This document shows, piece by piece, positions 10,459 to 19,290 of a DNA stretch of 64,000 bases (positions within the stretch are counted from its first letter, which is position 1; every line of letters begins with the position of its first letter). Where the stretch lies: assembly GCA_963746845.1 (NCBI GenBank), contig CAVVCZ010000005.1, positions 128,001-192,000 on the forward strand, read 5' to 3'. The notes under the pieces were generated by a model, which ran no database searches, had not been told where the DNA came from, and saw nothing but the letters and a program-made list of their open reading frames with translations. The position numbers were made by a program, and so were the translations under genes. The stretch comes from an uncultured Chloroflexia bacterium. Its GTDB lineage: Bacteria > Chloroflexota > Limnocylindria > Limnocylindrales > CSP1-4.

Positions 10459-12321
10459 TCAGCGGATGACGTACACGTTGTCGGGCAGGGTCTCGATCGT
10501 GCCGGCGCCCTGATCGGTCCATGCCAGCACGAGGATCCGGCCTCGGCCAGTGCCGTCGGCGGCCGGCTCGGCCCAGACGAGCTTGCCGTCCGAGATCGCA
10601 AAGCCGGCCGTGGCGCGCTGGGCGTCGAGGAGCGGCTTCTTCAGGTCGACACGGCCGTCGAAGGGGTCGACGTCGTAGAGGCTCAGCGTGCCGACGCTCG
10701 CGTCGTGCGGATCGGCGATCCAGACGGCCAGCTTCGACCCGGTCGTGTCCCAACGGGCGTCCCAGTCGGTGATCGGGCCGGACGCGATCGTCGTCTCGTG
10801 GCGGATCTCCTCCTGGTTGCCGGTCAGGGGCGTCGCGTCCGGGGCCCCGCTCGCGGTGACGCCGGCGGCCGTCCAGTCGCCGATGACCAGGCGCCCGTCG
10901 GCAGGGAGGTCGACGGGGCTGCCGTCGGCACGCCGGAGCGACCCCGTCCAGTACACCGCACGCCGCTCGTTCGGGTCGACCGACGGGCGCCAGGTGCTGC
11001 CGGTCTGCGGCAGCGAGACCGTCTCGCCGGTCCCCGGATCCATGACGAACGACGCTCCACTGCGATCGCCGGTCGCGGCGTCGCCGGTCTCGGACGTCGA
11101 GCTGCCGACGACCCGGTCGTGTAGTGCCCACGACCCGAACGCCGACCGATGATCGGTGGTGATGGCCCGGGCCGTCTTGTCCCCGACCTTCCAGACGTAG
11201 ATGTCCGGACCGGCCGATCCATCGGCCGGGCGGGCCGTGAACGCGAACCACTCGCCGCTCGGCGAGTACGCGGCCGACTGGCCGACGATGACGACGTCCT
11301 TCGCGATCTGGACCGTCCCGCCCGGCGACGTCGACGGCGACACCTCGACGGACGGGGTCGGGCTGATCGGTGGGGTGGCGCTCGGCGGCGGAGTCTCCGT
11401 GTTGCTGTCGGAGGGGGTCGGGGTCGCGCTCGGAGCGGTGCTCGGGCTCGTCGCCGGGGTCTTCGACGGATCGGCGCTCGCGGGAGGCGTCGGCGTGACG
11501 GTCGGGCTCGCCGTCGTGTCCGGCGTCGCCGATGGCGTCGGCGACGCATCGTGGCTCGGGGATGGGGTCGGCGACGGCGCGGGGGCCAGGTCGACGACCG
11601 CGATCGACGCCTGCTCGCTCGTGCCGGGGCGATTGACGACGATCAGCTGCTGACCGTTGGCGGAGCCGAAGACCGTCTGCGGCTCCATTGCGAAGTCGAC
11701 GGGCTGGTCCTGCACCGGCGCCGCAGCCGCACACGGGTCGTTCTCGTTTGGACAGACCGCCCGGACGTCTGCCTCCTTTCGGTGATAGCTGCCGTCCGCG
11801 TCCCTGCTGATCCACTGGACGTGCTGGCCGACCGGGATCGGGGTCGCGAACGCCACGTCGGACGACGCGGGACCCCCGCTGGCAGCAGACGCTCCGGCGT
11901 CGGGAAGCGCTGTCGGGCCGCCGTCGACGAGAAGCCGGGAGGAGGTCAGCGTCCCGACGACGACGGCCACGACGAGCGCCGCGGCAAACACAGGAATGAA
12001 GATGCGACGACGACGAGGCCCGCCGGACGCCGCCTCTTGATCACGGAACCGGGATTCGTGCTCGATCGCCGCTGCGGTCCGCGCCCAGAGGTCGCGCGGT
12101 GGGATCGGCTGCTGGTCGCGCATCGCGCGCAGCTCGCTGTGCTGGGTCTCGTAGGCGACGGCCGCGGCGCGACAGTCCGCGCAACCGGCGAGGTGCCCGT
12201 CCAGCCACTCCGCCTCCTCCGGCTCCAGCTCCCCGTCCAGCCGATCGGACAGGGCGGCCTGCGCCCGGGCGTGGTCCGTCGCCCAGTCGTCGGGCCGGCG
12301 GGAGCGTCGGCGGAACGTCAT
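10459..12321 (-). CDS. Zn-finger (HxxxCxxC) anti-sigma factor with TM helix, Pro/Thr linker and extracellular TolB-like repeats
   Basis: HLAGCADC motif; TM IFIPVFAAALVVAVVV; AYSPSGEWFAF repeats; ATGA-coupled to sigma gene. Confidence 0.8.
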   Translation of the reverse strand: MTFRRRSRRPDDWATDHARAQAALSDRLDGELEPEEAEWLDGHLAGCADCRAAAVAYETQHSELRAMRDQQPIPPRDLWARTAAAIEHESRFRDQEAASGGPRRRRIFIPVFAAALVVAVVVGTLTSSRLLVDGGPTALPDAGASAASGGPASSDVAFATPIPVGQHVQWISRDADGSYHRKEADVRAVCPNENDPCAAAAPVQDQPVDFAMEPQTVFGSANGQQLIVVNRPGTSEQASIAVVDLAPAPSPTPSPSHDASPTPSATPDTTASPTVTPTPPASADPSKTPATSPSTAPSATPTPSDSNTETPPPSATPPISPTPSVEVSPSTSPGGTVQIAKDVVIVGQSAAYSPSGEWFAFTARPADGSAGPDIYVWKVGDKTARAITTDHRSAFGSWALHDRVVGSSTSETGDAATGDRSGASFVMDPGTGETVSLPQTGSTWRPSVDPNERRAVYWTGSLRRADGSPVDLPADGRLVIGDWTAAGVTASGAPDATPLTGNQEEIRHETTIASGPITDWDARWDTTGSKLAVWIADPHDASVGTLSLYDVDPFDGRVDLKKPLLDAQRATAGFAISDGKLVWAEPAADGTGRGRILVLAWTDQGAGTIETLPDNVYVIR

Positions 12322-12968
12322 CGGGCGCCGCGGGACGGGTGATTTGCCGCGTTCCGCGCGTCCGCCTGTGCGTCGGCGACCGCCTCGGCGGTGCGCTCGG
12401 CGGCAAGCGCCTGGCGGAGGCTCTCGCGAGCGCGGGTCAGGAGCGCGCGGGCCGCCACGTGGCTGACGCCGAGCGCCGCGGCGAGCTCGAGGCCTGTGAG
12501 GTCGTGCAGCTCTGCGAGGAGGAGGGCGGCGCGCTGGCGCTCCGGGATCCGCTCGAGCGCCCGCTGCATGTCCGACGACAGATGCGCGTCCATGACCAGA
12601 CGCTCCGTGGACGGCGCGGCGCCGTGGCTCTCGCCGGTCCACGGCAGGAAGCGGACGATCTTCTGGCGGCGGATGTGGTCGAGCGCGACGCGGTGGGCGA
12701 TCTGGTACAGCCAGGCCCGGGCGTTCTCCGGCTTCTCGAGGGTGTCGTAGTTCCGGTAGGCCTTGACGAACGCGTCCTGCGTGAGGTCCGCGGCCAGCTC
12801 GGGATCGCGGAGCATCCGGATCAGGTAGGCGTAGATCTCGCCGTGATGGGCCGCGAACAGCTCCTCGACGAAACCCGCTGCGGCGTCCCGCTCCCAGGCG
12901 CCGCTCATGGCCGCGCCCCGACCGAATCCCCGGCTCGTGCCGATCCGGTTGTCGAGCGCGCCGACCAT
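12318..12968 (-). CDS. ECF RNA polymerase sigma factor
   Basis: DLTQDAFVKAY, AWLYQIA, ELAAALG...RARESL; GGAGG RBS. Confidence 0.92.
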   Translation of the reverse strand: MVGALDNRIGTSRGFGRGAAMSGAWERDAAAGFVEELFAAHHGEIYAYLIRMLRDPELAADLTQDAFVKAYRNYDTLEKPENARAWLYQIAHRVALDHIRRQKIVRFLPWTGESHGAAPSTERLVMDAHLSSDMQRALERIPERQRAALLLAELHDLTGLELAAALGVSHVAARALLTRARESLRQALAAERTAEAVADAQADARNAANHPSRGAR

Positions 12969-13036
12969 GGAGCCTCCGGCTGTCGCGGGGATGTGGACGG
13001 AGCGCAAAGGTGTGGGCGCGCGCTCCTGGGCCCTGA

Positions 13037-13062
13037 GACGCGAGGCATCCGATCGGTGTGAC
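13037..13062 (-). promoter_or_regulatory. Putative ECF-dependent (autoregulatory) promoter GTCACA-N16-CGTC
   Basis: Minus strand gtcaca ccgatcggatgcctcg cgtc, about 70 nt upstream of the ECF start. Confidence 0.55.
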
Positions 13063-13089
13063 GCCGTCCCTCCCTCGGCGTGGTGGCCA

Positions 13090-14097
13090 TCAGCCGGTGG
13101 CCTCCGCCGCGCCGACCGGGGGTCGGCGTGTCCGCGTCAGCAGCTCCTCCACCGCGTCCTCCGGCGAGACGGGGTTCACCGGGAGGCCGGTCCCCAGCTC
13201 GAGGCCCGCGATCTCGCGGAGCCGCGGGTGGATCTCCCAGTGCCAGTGGTAGGTGGCGTCGACCTGCTCGCGGAGCGGCGACGTGTGAAGAACGAGGTTG
13301 TATGGCGGGCCGTCGAGCGTGGCGGCCAGCGCGCCGAGCACCTGGCGAAGCGCCTCGCCGGCAGCCGTCACGGCTCCGTCGGTGGCGCGCCCGAAGTCGG
13401 CGTCATGGTGGCGAGGCACGATCCAGACCTCGAACGGCGAGCGCGATGCGAACGGGGCGAACGCGACGGAGTCCGTGTCCTGCCAGATCAGCCGGTCGGG
13501 GCGGATGGCCTCGGTCCGGACGAGCCGGCACCACGGGCACTCGCCCTCGCGGATCACGAACCGCGCGGCGCCGCCCAGCTCCTCGGCGATCCGATGGGGG
13601 ATCTGCGGGAGGTCGTACAGGTCGAGGCAGAGATGGTTGGTCCGGGCACCGGCCTGCGCGCCCCAGTTCTGGACGACCTGGAGATGGTCCGTCAGGGCCG
13701 TTCGCCGGGCATCGGCGAGGGCGCCGCGGACCTCGGTCAGCAACGCCACGATCGTCTCCGAGCCGACCGCGTGGAGCGGCCGGTGCTCGCCGGGTGGCGC
13801 GACGATCGTCCGCCAGCTGCCACTGGCGCGGACGTCGCCGAGCGAGACCTGGGCCACGTTCGCCTCGAGCTCGCGGGCCTGGTCGCCGGTCCCGATGACG
13901 TGGAACGCGAAGTCCTTCAGCGTCCGGACGCGGACGCCGTCCCCGGCCGGGAGCCGGCAGTTCTGGCAGTCGCCGCCGTCGTCGATCGGGTCGGCGGCAC
14001 GGGCGAACCGGTCGCGATGGAAGGCACGGTCGACGACCGTGGCGACCCACCAGCCGGTGATCGCGTCCTTGCGCAGCTCGAAGAGTCCCGCCGCCAC
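13090..14097 (-). CDS. GalT/ADP-glucose phosphorylase-like HIT-superfamily protein with altered active-site motif
   Basis: ELRKD.ITG.WV, CxxC twice, PFASRSPFE, YHWHWEIHPRL...GLELGTG..NPV.PE; HxHxQ replaced by HLCLD. Confidence 0.82.
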   Translation of the reverse strand: MAAGLFELRKDAITGWWVATVVDRAFHRDRFARAADPIDDGGDCQNCRLPAGDGVRVRTLKDFAFHVIGTGDQARELEANVAQVSLGDVRASGSWRTIVAPPGEHRPLHAVGSETIVALLTEVRGALADARRTALTDHLQVVQNWGAQAGARTNHLCLDLYDLPQIPHRIAEELGGAARFVIREGECPWCRLVRTEAIRPDRLIWQDTDSVAFAPFASRSPFEVWIVPRHHDADFGRATDGAVTAAGEALRQVLGALAATLDGPPYNLVLHTSPLREQVDATYHWHWEIHPRLREIAGLELGTGLPVNPVSPEDAVEELLTRTRRPPVGAAEATG

Positions 14098-14098
14098 C

Positions 14099-14851
14099 TC
14101 AGCCGACCGCCGCCAGCGCCGGCCTCGGCGCCCCGTAGCCGTCGAGATCCACGCCGATCCCCGCCGCGAAGGCCGGGGCGAAGACCGAGGCCGCGTTCGC
14201 GACCGCCCCGGTCGACGGCGGGTCGTCCGGCCGGCCGGCCTCGACCGCGATCGAGGTCGACACCACCCCGGGCATGCCGCAGGCGTCGATCAGCTCGAAG
14301 TCGCGCAGATCCGGGTCGACGTTGAGCGCGATCCCGTGGTAGCTGACGCCACGCTCGATCCGGATGCCGAGGGCGCCGATCTTCCTTGGCCGCGTCCCGT
14401 CCGGATCGACCCAGCAGCCCGGGTGACCCTCCCGGCGGTCCGCCACGACGCCGAACGCCGCGCAGGTCTCGATCATCGCCGCCTCCAGCGCGCGGACGAG
14501 GGGCCGGACCATGAGGCCGCGCCGGGACAGCGCGAGGATCGGGTAGGCGACCAGCTGACCGGGACCGTGGTACGTGACCTCGCCGCCGCGCTCCACACGG
14601 ATGACCTCGATGCCCCGGGCGGCCAGCTCGGCGGCGGTCGCGCGCACGTGCGATGGGTCCGCGCCGCGACCGAGCGTCAACACCGGCTCGTGCTCGACGA
14701 GCAGGAGCTGGTCGCCGATCTCGCCCCGGAACCGGGCATCCGCGAGCGCCTTCTGCCGGTCCCAGGCAGCCCGATACGCCACCCGGCCGAGCCACGTCGC
14801 CGCCAGCGGGCCGGTCTCGGGCGTCTCGATCGGAACGCTCGTGGAGACCAC
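14099..14851 (-). CDS. lipB: Lipoyl(octanoyl) transferase
   Basis: EHEPVLTLGR, RGGEVTYHGPGQLVAYPI, KIGALG, HGIALN. Confidence 0.94.
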   Translation of the reverse strand: MVSTSVPIETPETGPLAATWLGRVAYRAAWDRQKALADARFRGEIGDQLLLVEHEPVLTLGRGADPSHVRATAAELAARGIEVIRVERGGEVTYHGPGQLVAYPILALSRRGLMVRPLVRALEAAMIETCAAFGVVADRREGHPGCWVDPDGTRPRKIGALGIRIERGVSYHGIALNVDPDLRDFELIDACGMPGVVSTSIAVEAGRPDDPPSTGAVANAASVFAPAFAAGIGVDLDGYGAPRPALAAVG

Positions 14852-14939
14852 GTCCGCACGATAGCAGGCAGCCCGTTCGTGGCCCTCTCCCTGGGGTGGT
14901 CAGGGTCCGTAACGGTCTCGTATCAGGCCGGTAACCGCG

Positions 14940-15734
14940 TCAGGCCGGAGGGCGGATGACGTTCGCGCGGTCGTTCACCCGGGACACGTCGATCCTCAGG
15001 GTGATGTCCGTCGGGGTGCCGTCGACGTCCCACGTCCCGGCGACGTCGAGCGCCACCAGGTAGCCCCCGTTCGCCGCCAGCCACAGGTCCGCGGCGCCCG
15101 TCGTCAGGCCCGCCGCCGCGACGGCCTCGTCGGCGGAGTCCGCCCGGTAGTGGCGCGCGGAGATGCCGTTCCTCTTGCCGGTCCCGACCGGCTGGATCGC
15201 GGTCGTCAAGCTCTCGAACCCGCTCGCGAGATCGATCGGCGAGAGCGTCGTGAACGCCGCGTCGAAGTCCGCGGCGCCGCCGGGGCTCTTCGCCCAGCGG
15301 CCGCCCCCCGGCTTCAGCCACGCCTCGTCGCCGATGACGATCGCGGCGAGCCGGTCGCCCTCGAGGCCGTCGACGCCGACCATCGTGAACTCGGCGGCCG
15401 GACGGTCGCCCTGGACGAGCGTCGACGTCATCGAGACGGTGCCGCCGGGCTTCGATGCCGGGACGAGCCCGGTGCTCACGACGGACACCCGGTAGGAGTC
15501 GAGATCGGCGAGGGCATTGGCGGCATCCACGAAGTCCGGACCGTTGCCCGACGGCGCGGGCCGCGGTGTCGGCACCTCGTCGGGCTCGTCGATGACCGAC
15601 GGGAGCGGCTCCGGGGTCCGGCTGAACCGGCTCGGTTGGGGAGTGACGGTCGCGACCATCAGGTCGCACCCGGCGAGGGCGAGGACGACGGCCGCGACGG
15701 CGCCGATGGCGATGAGCCGCCGATGGGCCGTCAT
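14940..15734 (-). CDS. Hypothetical lipoprotein (LppX/LolA-like fold possible)
   Basis: Lipobox LAGC after a hydrophobic signal; ATGA-coupled to upstream gene. Confidence 0.65.
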   Translation of the reverse strand: MTAHRRLIAIGAVAAVVLALAGCDLMVATVTPQPSRFSRTPEPLPSVIDEPDEVPTPRPAPSGNGPDFVDAANALADLDSYRVSVVSTGLVPASKPGGTVSMTSTLVQGDRPAAEFTMVGVDGLEGDRLAAIVIGDEAWLKPGGGRWAKSPGGAADFDAAFTTLSPIDLASGFESLTTAIQPVGTGKRNGISARHYRADSADEAVAAAGLTTGAADLWLAANGGYLVALDVAGTWDVDGTPTDITLRIDVSRVNDRANVIRPPA

Positions 15735-16408
15735 GCGGCGAACGTGCCGACGAGCGTGACCTGGTCGATGACCTGCGCCTTCCTGAGGGCCGAACGGACG
15801 GCGGCTCCGCCCGGATGGCCGGAGAGCCCGAGCGGGGCGGCCAGCGCCGACAGGGTGAACCGGTAGTGGTGGGTCCCCGACGGCGGGCACGGGCCACCAT
15901 AGCCGACGCTGCCGAAGTCGTTCGTGCCCTGCTGGAGGTCCGTCGCGGAGGGCGACACGCCGCCCGGGAGGCCCGTCGTCGTCGGGGCGAGATCGAGCAC
16001 CGACCAGTGGACCCAGTCGTGGCCGTCGGGGTCGTCGACGAACAGGACCAGCGCCTGGGCATCCGGTGGGACGCCGGACCAGACGAGGGCCGGCGACCGG
16101 TCGGCCCCGTGGCAGGTGTGCACACTCGGGATCGGCTTGCCGGCGGCGAACGCGCTCGATGTCAGGGTCAGCTTCGTGGGCGTCGGCCGCGGCGACTCGG
16201 AACGGCCGGCGGCCGTCGAGGCCGTCGCGGTCGCGCTGGCGGTCGAAGACGGGCCCGAGGCGTCGGACGCGGGCGAGAGCGGCGACGTCGGGTTCGCGCT
16301 CGACGCGGGGACGGTCGAGGCGGGTCCCGTCGCCGGCGCCGACCCGGGCCCGCAGCCGGCGAGGACGGCGATCACGGGCAGCGCGAGCAGGACGATCGAG
16401 CGGGACAC
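15731..16408 (-). CDS. YbhB/YbcL (PEBP) family lipoprotein
   Basis: Lipobox LAGC; DDPD..WVHW, GYGGPCPP.G.HHYRF. Confidence 0.88.
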   Translation of the reverse strand: MSRSIVLLALPVIAVLAGCGPGSAPATGPASTVPASSANPTSPLSPASDASGPSSTASATATASTAAGRSESPRPTPTKLTLTSSAFAAGKPIPSVHTCHGADRSPALVWSGVPPDAQALVLFVDDPDGHDWVHWSVLDLAPTTTGLPGGVSPSATDLQQGTNDFGSVGYGGPCPPSGTHHYRFTLSALAAPLGLSGHPGGAAVRSALRKAQVIDQVTLVGTFAA

Positions 16409-16465
16409 GCCCCGAGCATGGACCCGGCGGCGCCACCTCGGCAACCGTCGAGCCGCCCCGGGGAC

Positions 16466-17614
16466 CTAGACGCGACCCCGGGGCACGGTCAGCCAGTACG
16501 TCTTGTTGAACACGATCTTGCCGAGATGCCAGAGCCGGTTGGGCTTCGGCGGGTCCGGCGGATGGTCGTAGTCGAAGCGGAGCAGCGTGCCCTTGCCGTC
16601 GCCGATCTCGAAGAAGCACATCACCCGGCCGAGGTAGTCGCCGCGCGCGTGCTGGACGGGTCGGCCCTCGATCCCGGCCAGGATCCGCTCGACGACGACC
16701 GGTGCCTCGAAGTGGGCGGTGGACCCGGCCTTCGAGAGCGGCAGGTCCGTCGCGTCGCCGAGGGCGAACACGTTGGGCCGGCCACCGACCTCGAGGGTCG
16801 TGCGGTCGGTCGGCAGCCAGCCGCCCGGCGCCGGAGCGAGCTTCGAGTCGATCAGGTACCGGGCTCCGTGATGCGGCGGCACGAGGATCAACAGGTCGTA
16901 CGGGAGCTCCTCGCCCTCGAGGCTCTGCACGACCTTCCGGGCCGGGTCGATTGCCTCGACGTTGAAGAACGTGTGGAGCTCGATGCCCCGGTCGGCCAGG
17001 ACCGGCGTCGCCATGTCCGAGACGCTCTCGATCGTGAACGCCCGGCCGATCGGGGAGCAGAAGTGGATCTCGGTCCGGTCGCGGAGATGGCGATCGCGGA
17101 GCTCGGACTCGATCAGGAACGCCACCTCGAGGGGGGCGGGCGGGCACTTGTAGGGCATGCCCGCGATGCCGATGACGATCCGACCACCGTCGAACGCGTC
17201 GAGCGCGTGACGCAACCGCCCGGCCGCCTCGGCGCTGTAGAAGTGGTGGGCCTCCTCATCGAAGTGATCGATCTCCTCGGGCGCGATCCGGGAGCCCGTG
17301 GCGAGGACGAGGTAGTCGTACGGCAGCGCGCGACCATCCGCGAGGAGGACGACCTGCGGGTCGGCGGCGACCCGGATCACCTCACCGATCACGAGGGTCA
17401 CCCGCTTGTCCAGGAGGGATCGCTCCGGGCGCTGGAGGTGCTCCGCGTGCTCGTTGCCGAGCGCGATGTACATGAAGCCGGGCTGGTAGACGTGCTGCCC
17501 GGTCTCGTCGACGACGGTCAGCTCCGTGTCCGGGCGGCCGTGCAGGCGACGAGCCAGCAGGTTCGCGACGATCGTCCCGCCGACGCCTCCGCCCAGGATC
17601 AGGATGCGGGGCAT
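16466..17614 (-). CDS. Sulfide:quinone oxidoreductase-like flavoprotein (type III SQR/FCSD-like)
   Basis: GGGVGG, HVYQPG, YKCPPAPLE, GDATDLP.SKAG, VMCF, amphipathic C-terminus. Confidence 0.82.
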   Translation of the reverse strand: MPRILILGGGVGGTIVANLLARRLHGRPDTELTVVDETGQHVYQPGFMYIALGNEHAEHLQRPERSLLDKRVTLVIGEVIRVAADPQVVLLADGRALPYDYLVLATGSRIAPEEIDHFDEEAHHFYSAEAAGRLRHALDAFDGGRIVIGIAGMPYKCPPAPLEVAFLIESELRDRHLRDRTEIHFCSPIGRAFTIESVSDMATPVLADRGIELHTFFNVEAIDPARKVVQSLEGEELPYDLLILVPPHHGARYLIDSKLAPAPGGWLPTDRTTLEVGGRPNVFALGDATDLPLSKAGSTAHFEAPVVVERILAGIEGRPVQHARGDYLGRVMCFFEIGDGKGTLLRFDYDHPPDPPKPNRLWHLGKIVFNKTYWLTVPRGRV

Positions 17615-17623
17615 GGCGCGCTC

Positions 17624-17873
17624 CTACCGTGCCTTCTGGACGACGATCTCGTCGTAGCCGTCGAACTCGATGACGCTGATCAGCCGGTGGCCTGCCTTGT
17701 CGACCCACTTCGGGATGTCCGTCCGGGATCCGCGATCCGAGGAGCGGACGGCGATGATGTCGCCGACCTCGACTCTCGCGGATCGCCCGGATCAGCTCCA
17801 TCAGGGGGCCCGGGCAGTAGCTGCCGCGGGCGTCGACGAGGCGGCTGATCGTGAACGGCTGGGTTGCGGCCAT
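17624..17873 (-). pseudogene. tusA: TusA-family sulfur carrier with a +1 frameshift near 17770 (possibly a sequencing error)
   Basis: DARGSYCPGP N-terminus continues in another frame as EVGDIIAVRSSDRGSRTDIPKWVDKAGHRL...VQKAR*. Confidence 0.8.
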
Positions 17874-17883
17874 CGACGGCCTC

Positions 17884-18459
17884 CTAGATGAAGAGGGAGG
17901 CGTCGGCCTCGGTCATGATCGCGATGGCCGTCGCGGCTCCGGCGGGCTCGCCCATCCCGGGGATGAGGTCCTCGCGCGTGATCCCCAGGAGGTCCATCGT
18001 CATCTGGCACGGCACGAACTCGACGCCGAGGGCCTGGGCCGCCTCGAGGAGCTCGCGCGGGCTGGCCACGCCGTACTGGCGGGACAGTCTGCGCATCATC
18101 CACGGGCCCATGCCGAGGAAGTTCATCTTCGTCAGGTGCAGGTGATCGATCCCCGGACGCTGCATCGCGGCGAGCATCCGCTGCATCCAGTTCTCGCCGG
18201 TGATGCGGACGCCGTCGCGGACGAAGGGCAGCAGGCCCCAGAACGTGACGAACACCCGCGCGCGCACGCCCGAGGCGGCGGCGGTCGATGACAGGATCAG
18301 CATCGGCCAGACCCGGTCGAGCTCGCCCGACCAGCTGACGATCACCAGCTCCTTCGTGGCGACCGCGGTGTCGTCCGCGGCCTGCGGCGCGACCTCGGTG
18401 ACCGGTGGGGCGACCGGCGGCTTGACCGCGCGTGTGCGATCGACGGTGGCGGTGGTCAT
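17884..18459 (-). CDS. DsrE2-like (DsrE/DsrF/DrsH) sulfur relay protein
   Basis: FVTFWGL, MNFLGMG, VPCQMTMDLLG. Confidence 0.85.
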   Translation of the reverse strand: MTTATVDRTRAVKPPVAPPVTEVAPQAADDTAVATKELVIVSWSGELDRVWPMLILSSTAAASGVRARVFVTFWGLLPFVRDGVRITGENWMQRMLAAMQRPGIDHLHLTKMNFLGMGPWMMRRLSRQYGVASPRELLEAAQALGVEFVPCQMTMDLLGITREDLIPGMGEPAGAATAIAIMTEADASLFI

Positions 18460-18466
18460 GGCGCCC

Positions 18467-18703
18467 TCACTTGTGGCGGATGACGAAGCGATAGGTCGCC
18501 CCGTCGGACGTGGACTCGAGCAGCTGATGCCCGGTCGTCCTCGACCAGGCATCGAAGTCGCGGACAGCGCCGGCGTCGGTCGCGAGGACCTCGACGACGT
18601 CGCCCGGCTGGACGGACCGCATCCCCTGTGCCGTCTTGACGATCGGCATCGGGCAGGTCAGTCCGCGCGCATCGATGAGCATCGCGATTGCGTAGACCGG
18701 CAT
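18467..18703 (-). CDS. tusA: TusA-family sulfurtransferase
   Basis: DARGLTCPMP, VLATDAG..DF.AW...GH. Confidence 0.9.
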   Translation of the reverse strand: MPVYAIAMLIDARGLTCPMPIVKTAQGMRSVQPGDVVEVLATDAGAVRDFDAWSRTTGHQLLESTSDGATYRFVIRHK

Positions 18704-18715
18704 GAGGCCCTCCCT

Positions 18716-19129
18716 TCAGATGAACACGATCTGGCCGGTGCCGGCGGCATCGAGGAACGCGGTCACGCCTTCGACGCCATCGACGAGCGGATCCAGGTCG
18801 GACTGGTCGATGTCGAACAGGTCCATCGACAGCGAGCAGGCCTGGATGTCGACGTCGCCGATGTCCTTGGCGAGCCCGAGCGTCTCGCGCCACGGCGCCT
18901 GGCCGGCGGCCGCGAGCCGGCGGACGGCCGCCCGGCCGTCCGCCCCAGCCTCGGGCGCGAGCCCGTGATCGGCGTCGATCCGGTCGGCGCGGAAGGCGTC
19001 GACCGCCCAGTACTGGAGGAACAGGTGGACCGGGCGCCCGACCGCTGCGGCGCCGGCCGTCAGGACGGCCGCGGCCTGGAGCTTGTCGTCGGTGCCGGAG
19101 AAGAGCACCAGGTTGAGAGAGTCGACCAC
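18716..19129 (-). CDS. DsrE-family sulfur relay protein
   Basis: LVLFSGTDDK, FLQYWA, ACSLSMDL; GAGGTGG RBS. Confidence 0.83.
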   Translation of the reverse strand: MVDSLNLVLFSGTDDKLQAAAVLTAGAAAVGRPVHLFLQYWAVDAFRADRIDADHGLAPEAGADGRAAVRRLAAAGQAPWRETLGLAKDIGDVDIQACSLSMDLFDIDQSDLDPLVDGVEGVTAFLDAAGTGQIVFI

Positions 19130-19150
19130 CGCACCACCTCGTTCGCCCCG

Positions 19151-19217
19151 AGCATCCTCAGCCGCGACGATCGCCGACAGTGCCTGCGGGCAGGGATCCC
19201 GAGGGCCATTCGGCACC
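19151..19217 (-). promoter_or_regulatory. Promoter of dsrE-tusA-sqr operon with DosR/OsdR-like boxes
   Basis: Distal box ggtgccgaatggccct (19217-19202), weak proximal box 19194-19179, -10-like GATGCT 19156-19151. Confidence 0.5.
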
Positions 19218-19224
19218 TGAATCG

Positions 19225-19256
19225 GGGCCCGCCGACCCACGCTGGTCGGCGGGCCC
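19225..19256 (-). terminator. GC-rich hairpin (13-bp stem), probable terminator
   Basis: gggcccgccgacc-cacgct-ggtcggcgggccc downstream of the 19291 stop. Confidence 0.55.
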
Positions 19257-19290
19257 TGGGTCCGCCTCGCTTCCCCCGCATGGGGATGGT

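Noticed and set aside
11300-11590. Repetitive ccgacg/gtcggc tracts here and at about 24860-25050
   Set aside because: They encode Pro/Thr/Ser linkers of exported proteins; there is no constant repeat-spacer structure, so not CRISPR.
14099-14851. lipB near the sulfur-relay operon as a sign of the sHdr-LbpA lipoate pathway
   Set aside because: It is a canonical LipB. No sHdr, LbpA, LipS1/S2 or sLpl genes are seen, and it is separated from the operon by unrelated lipoprotein genes.
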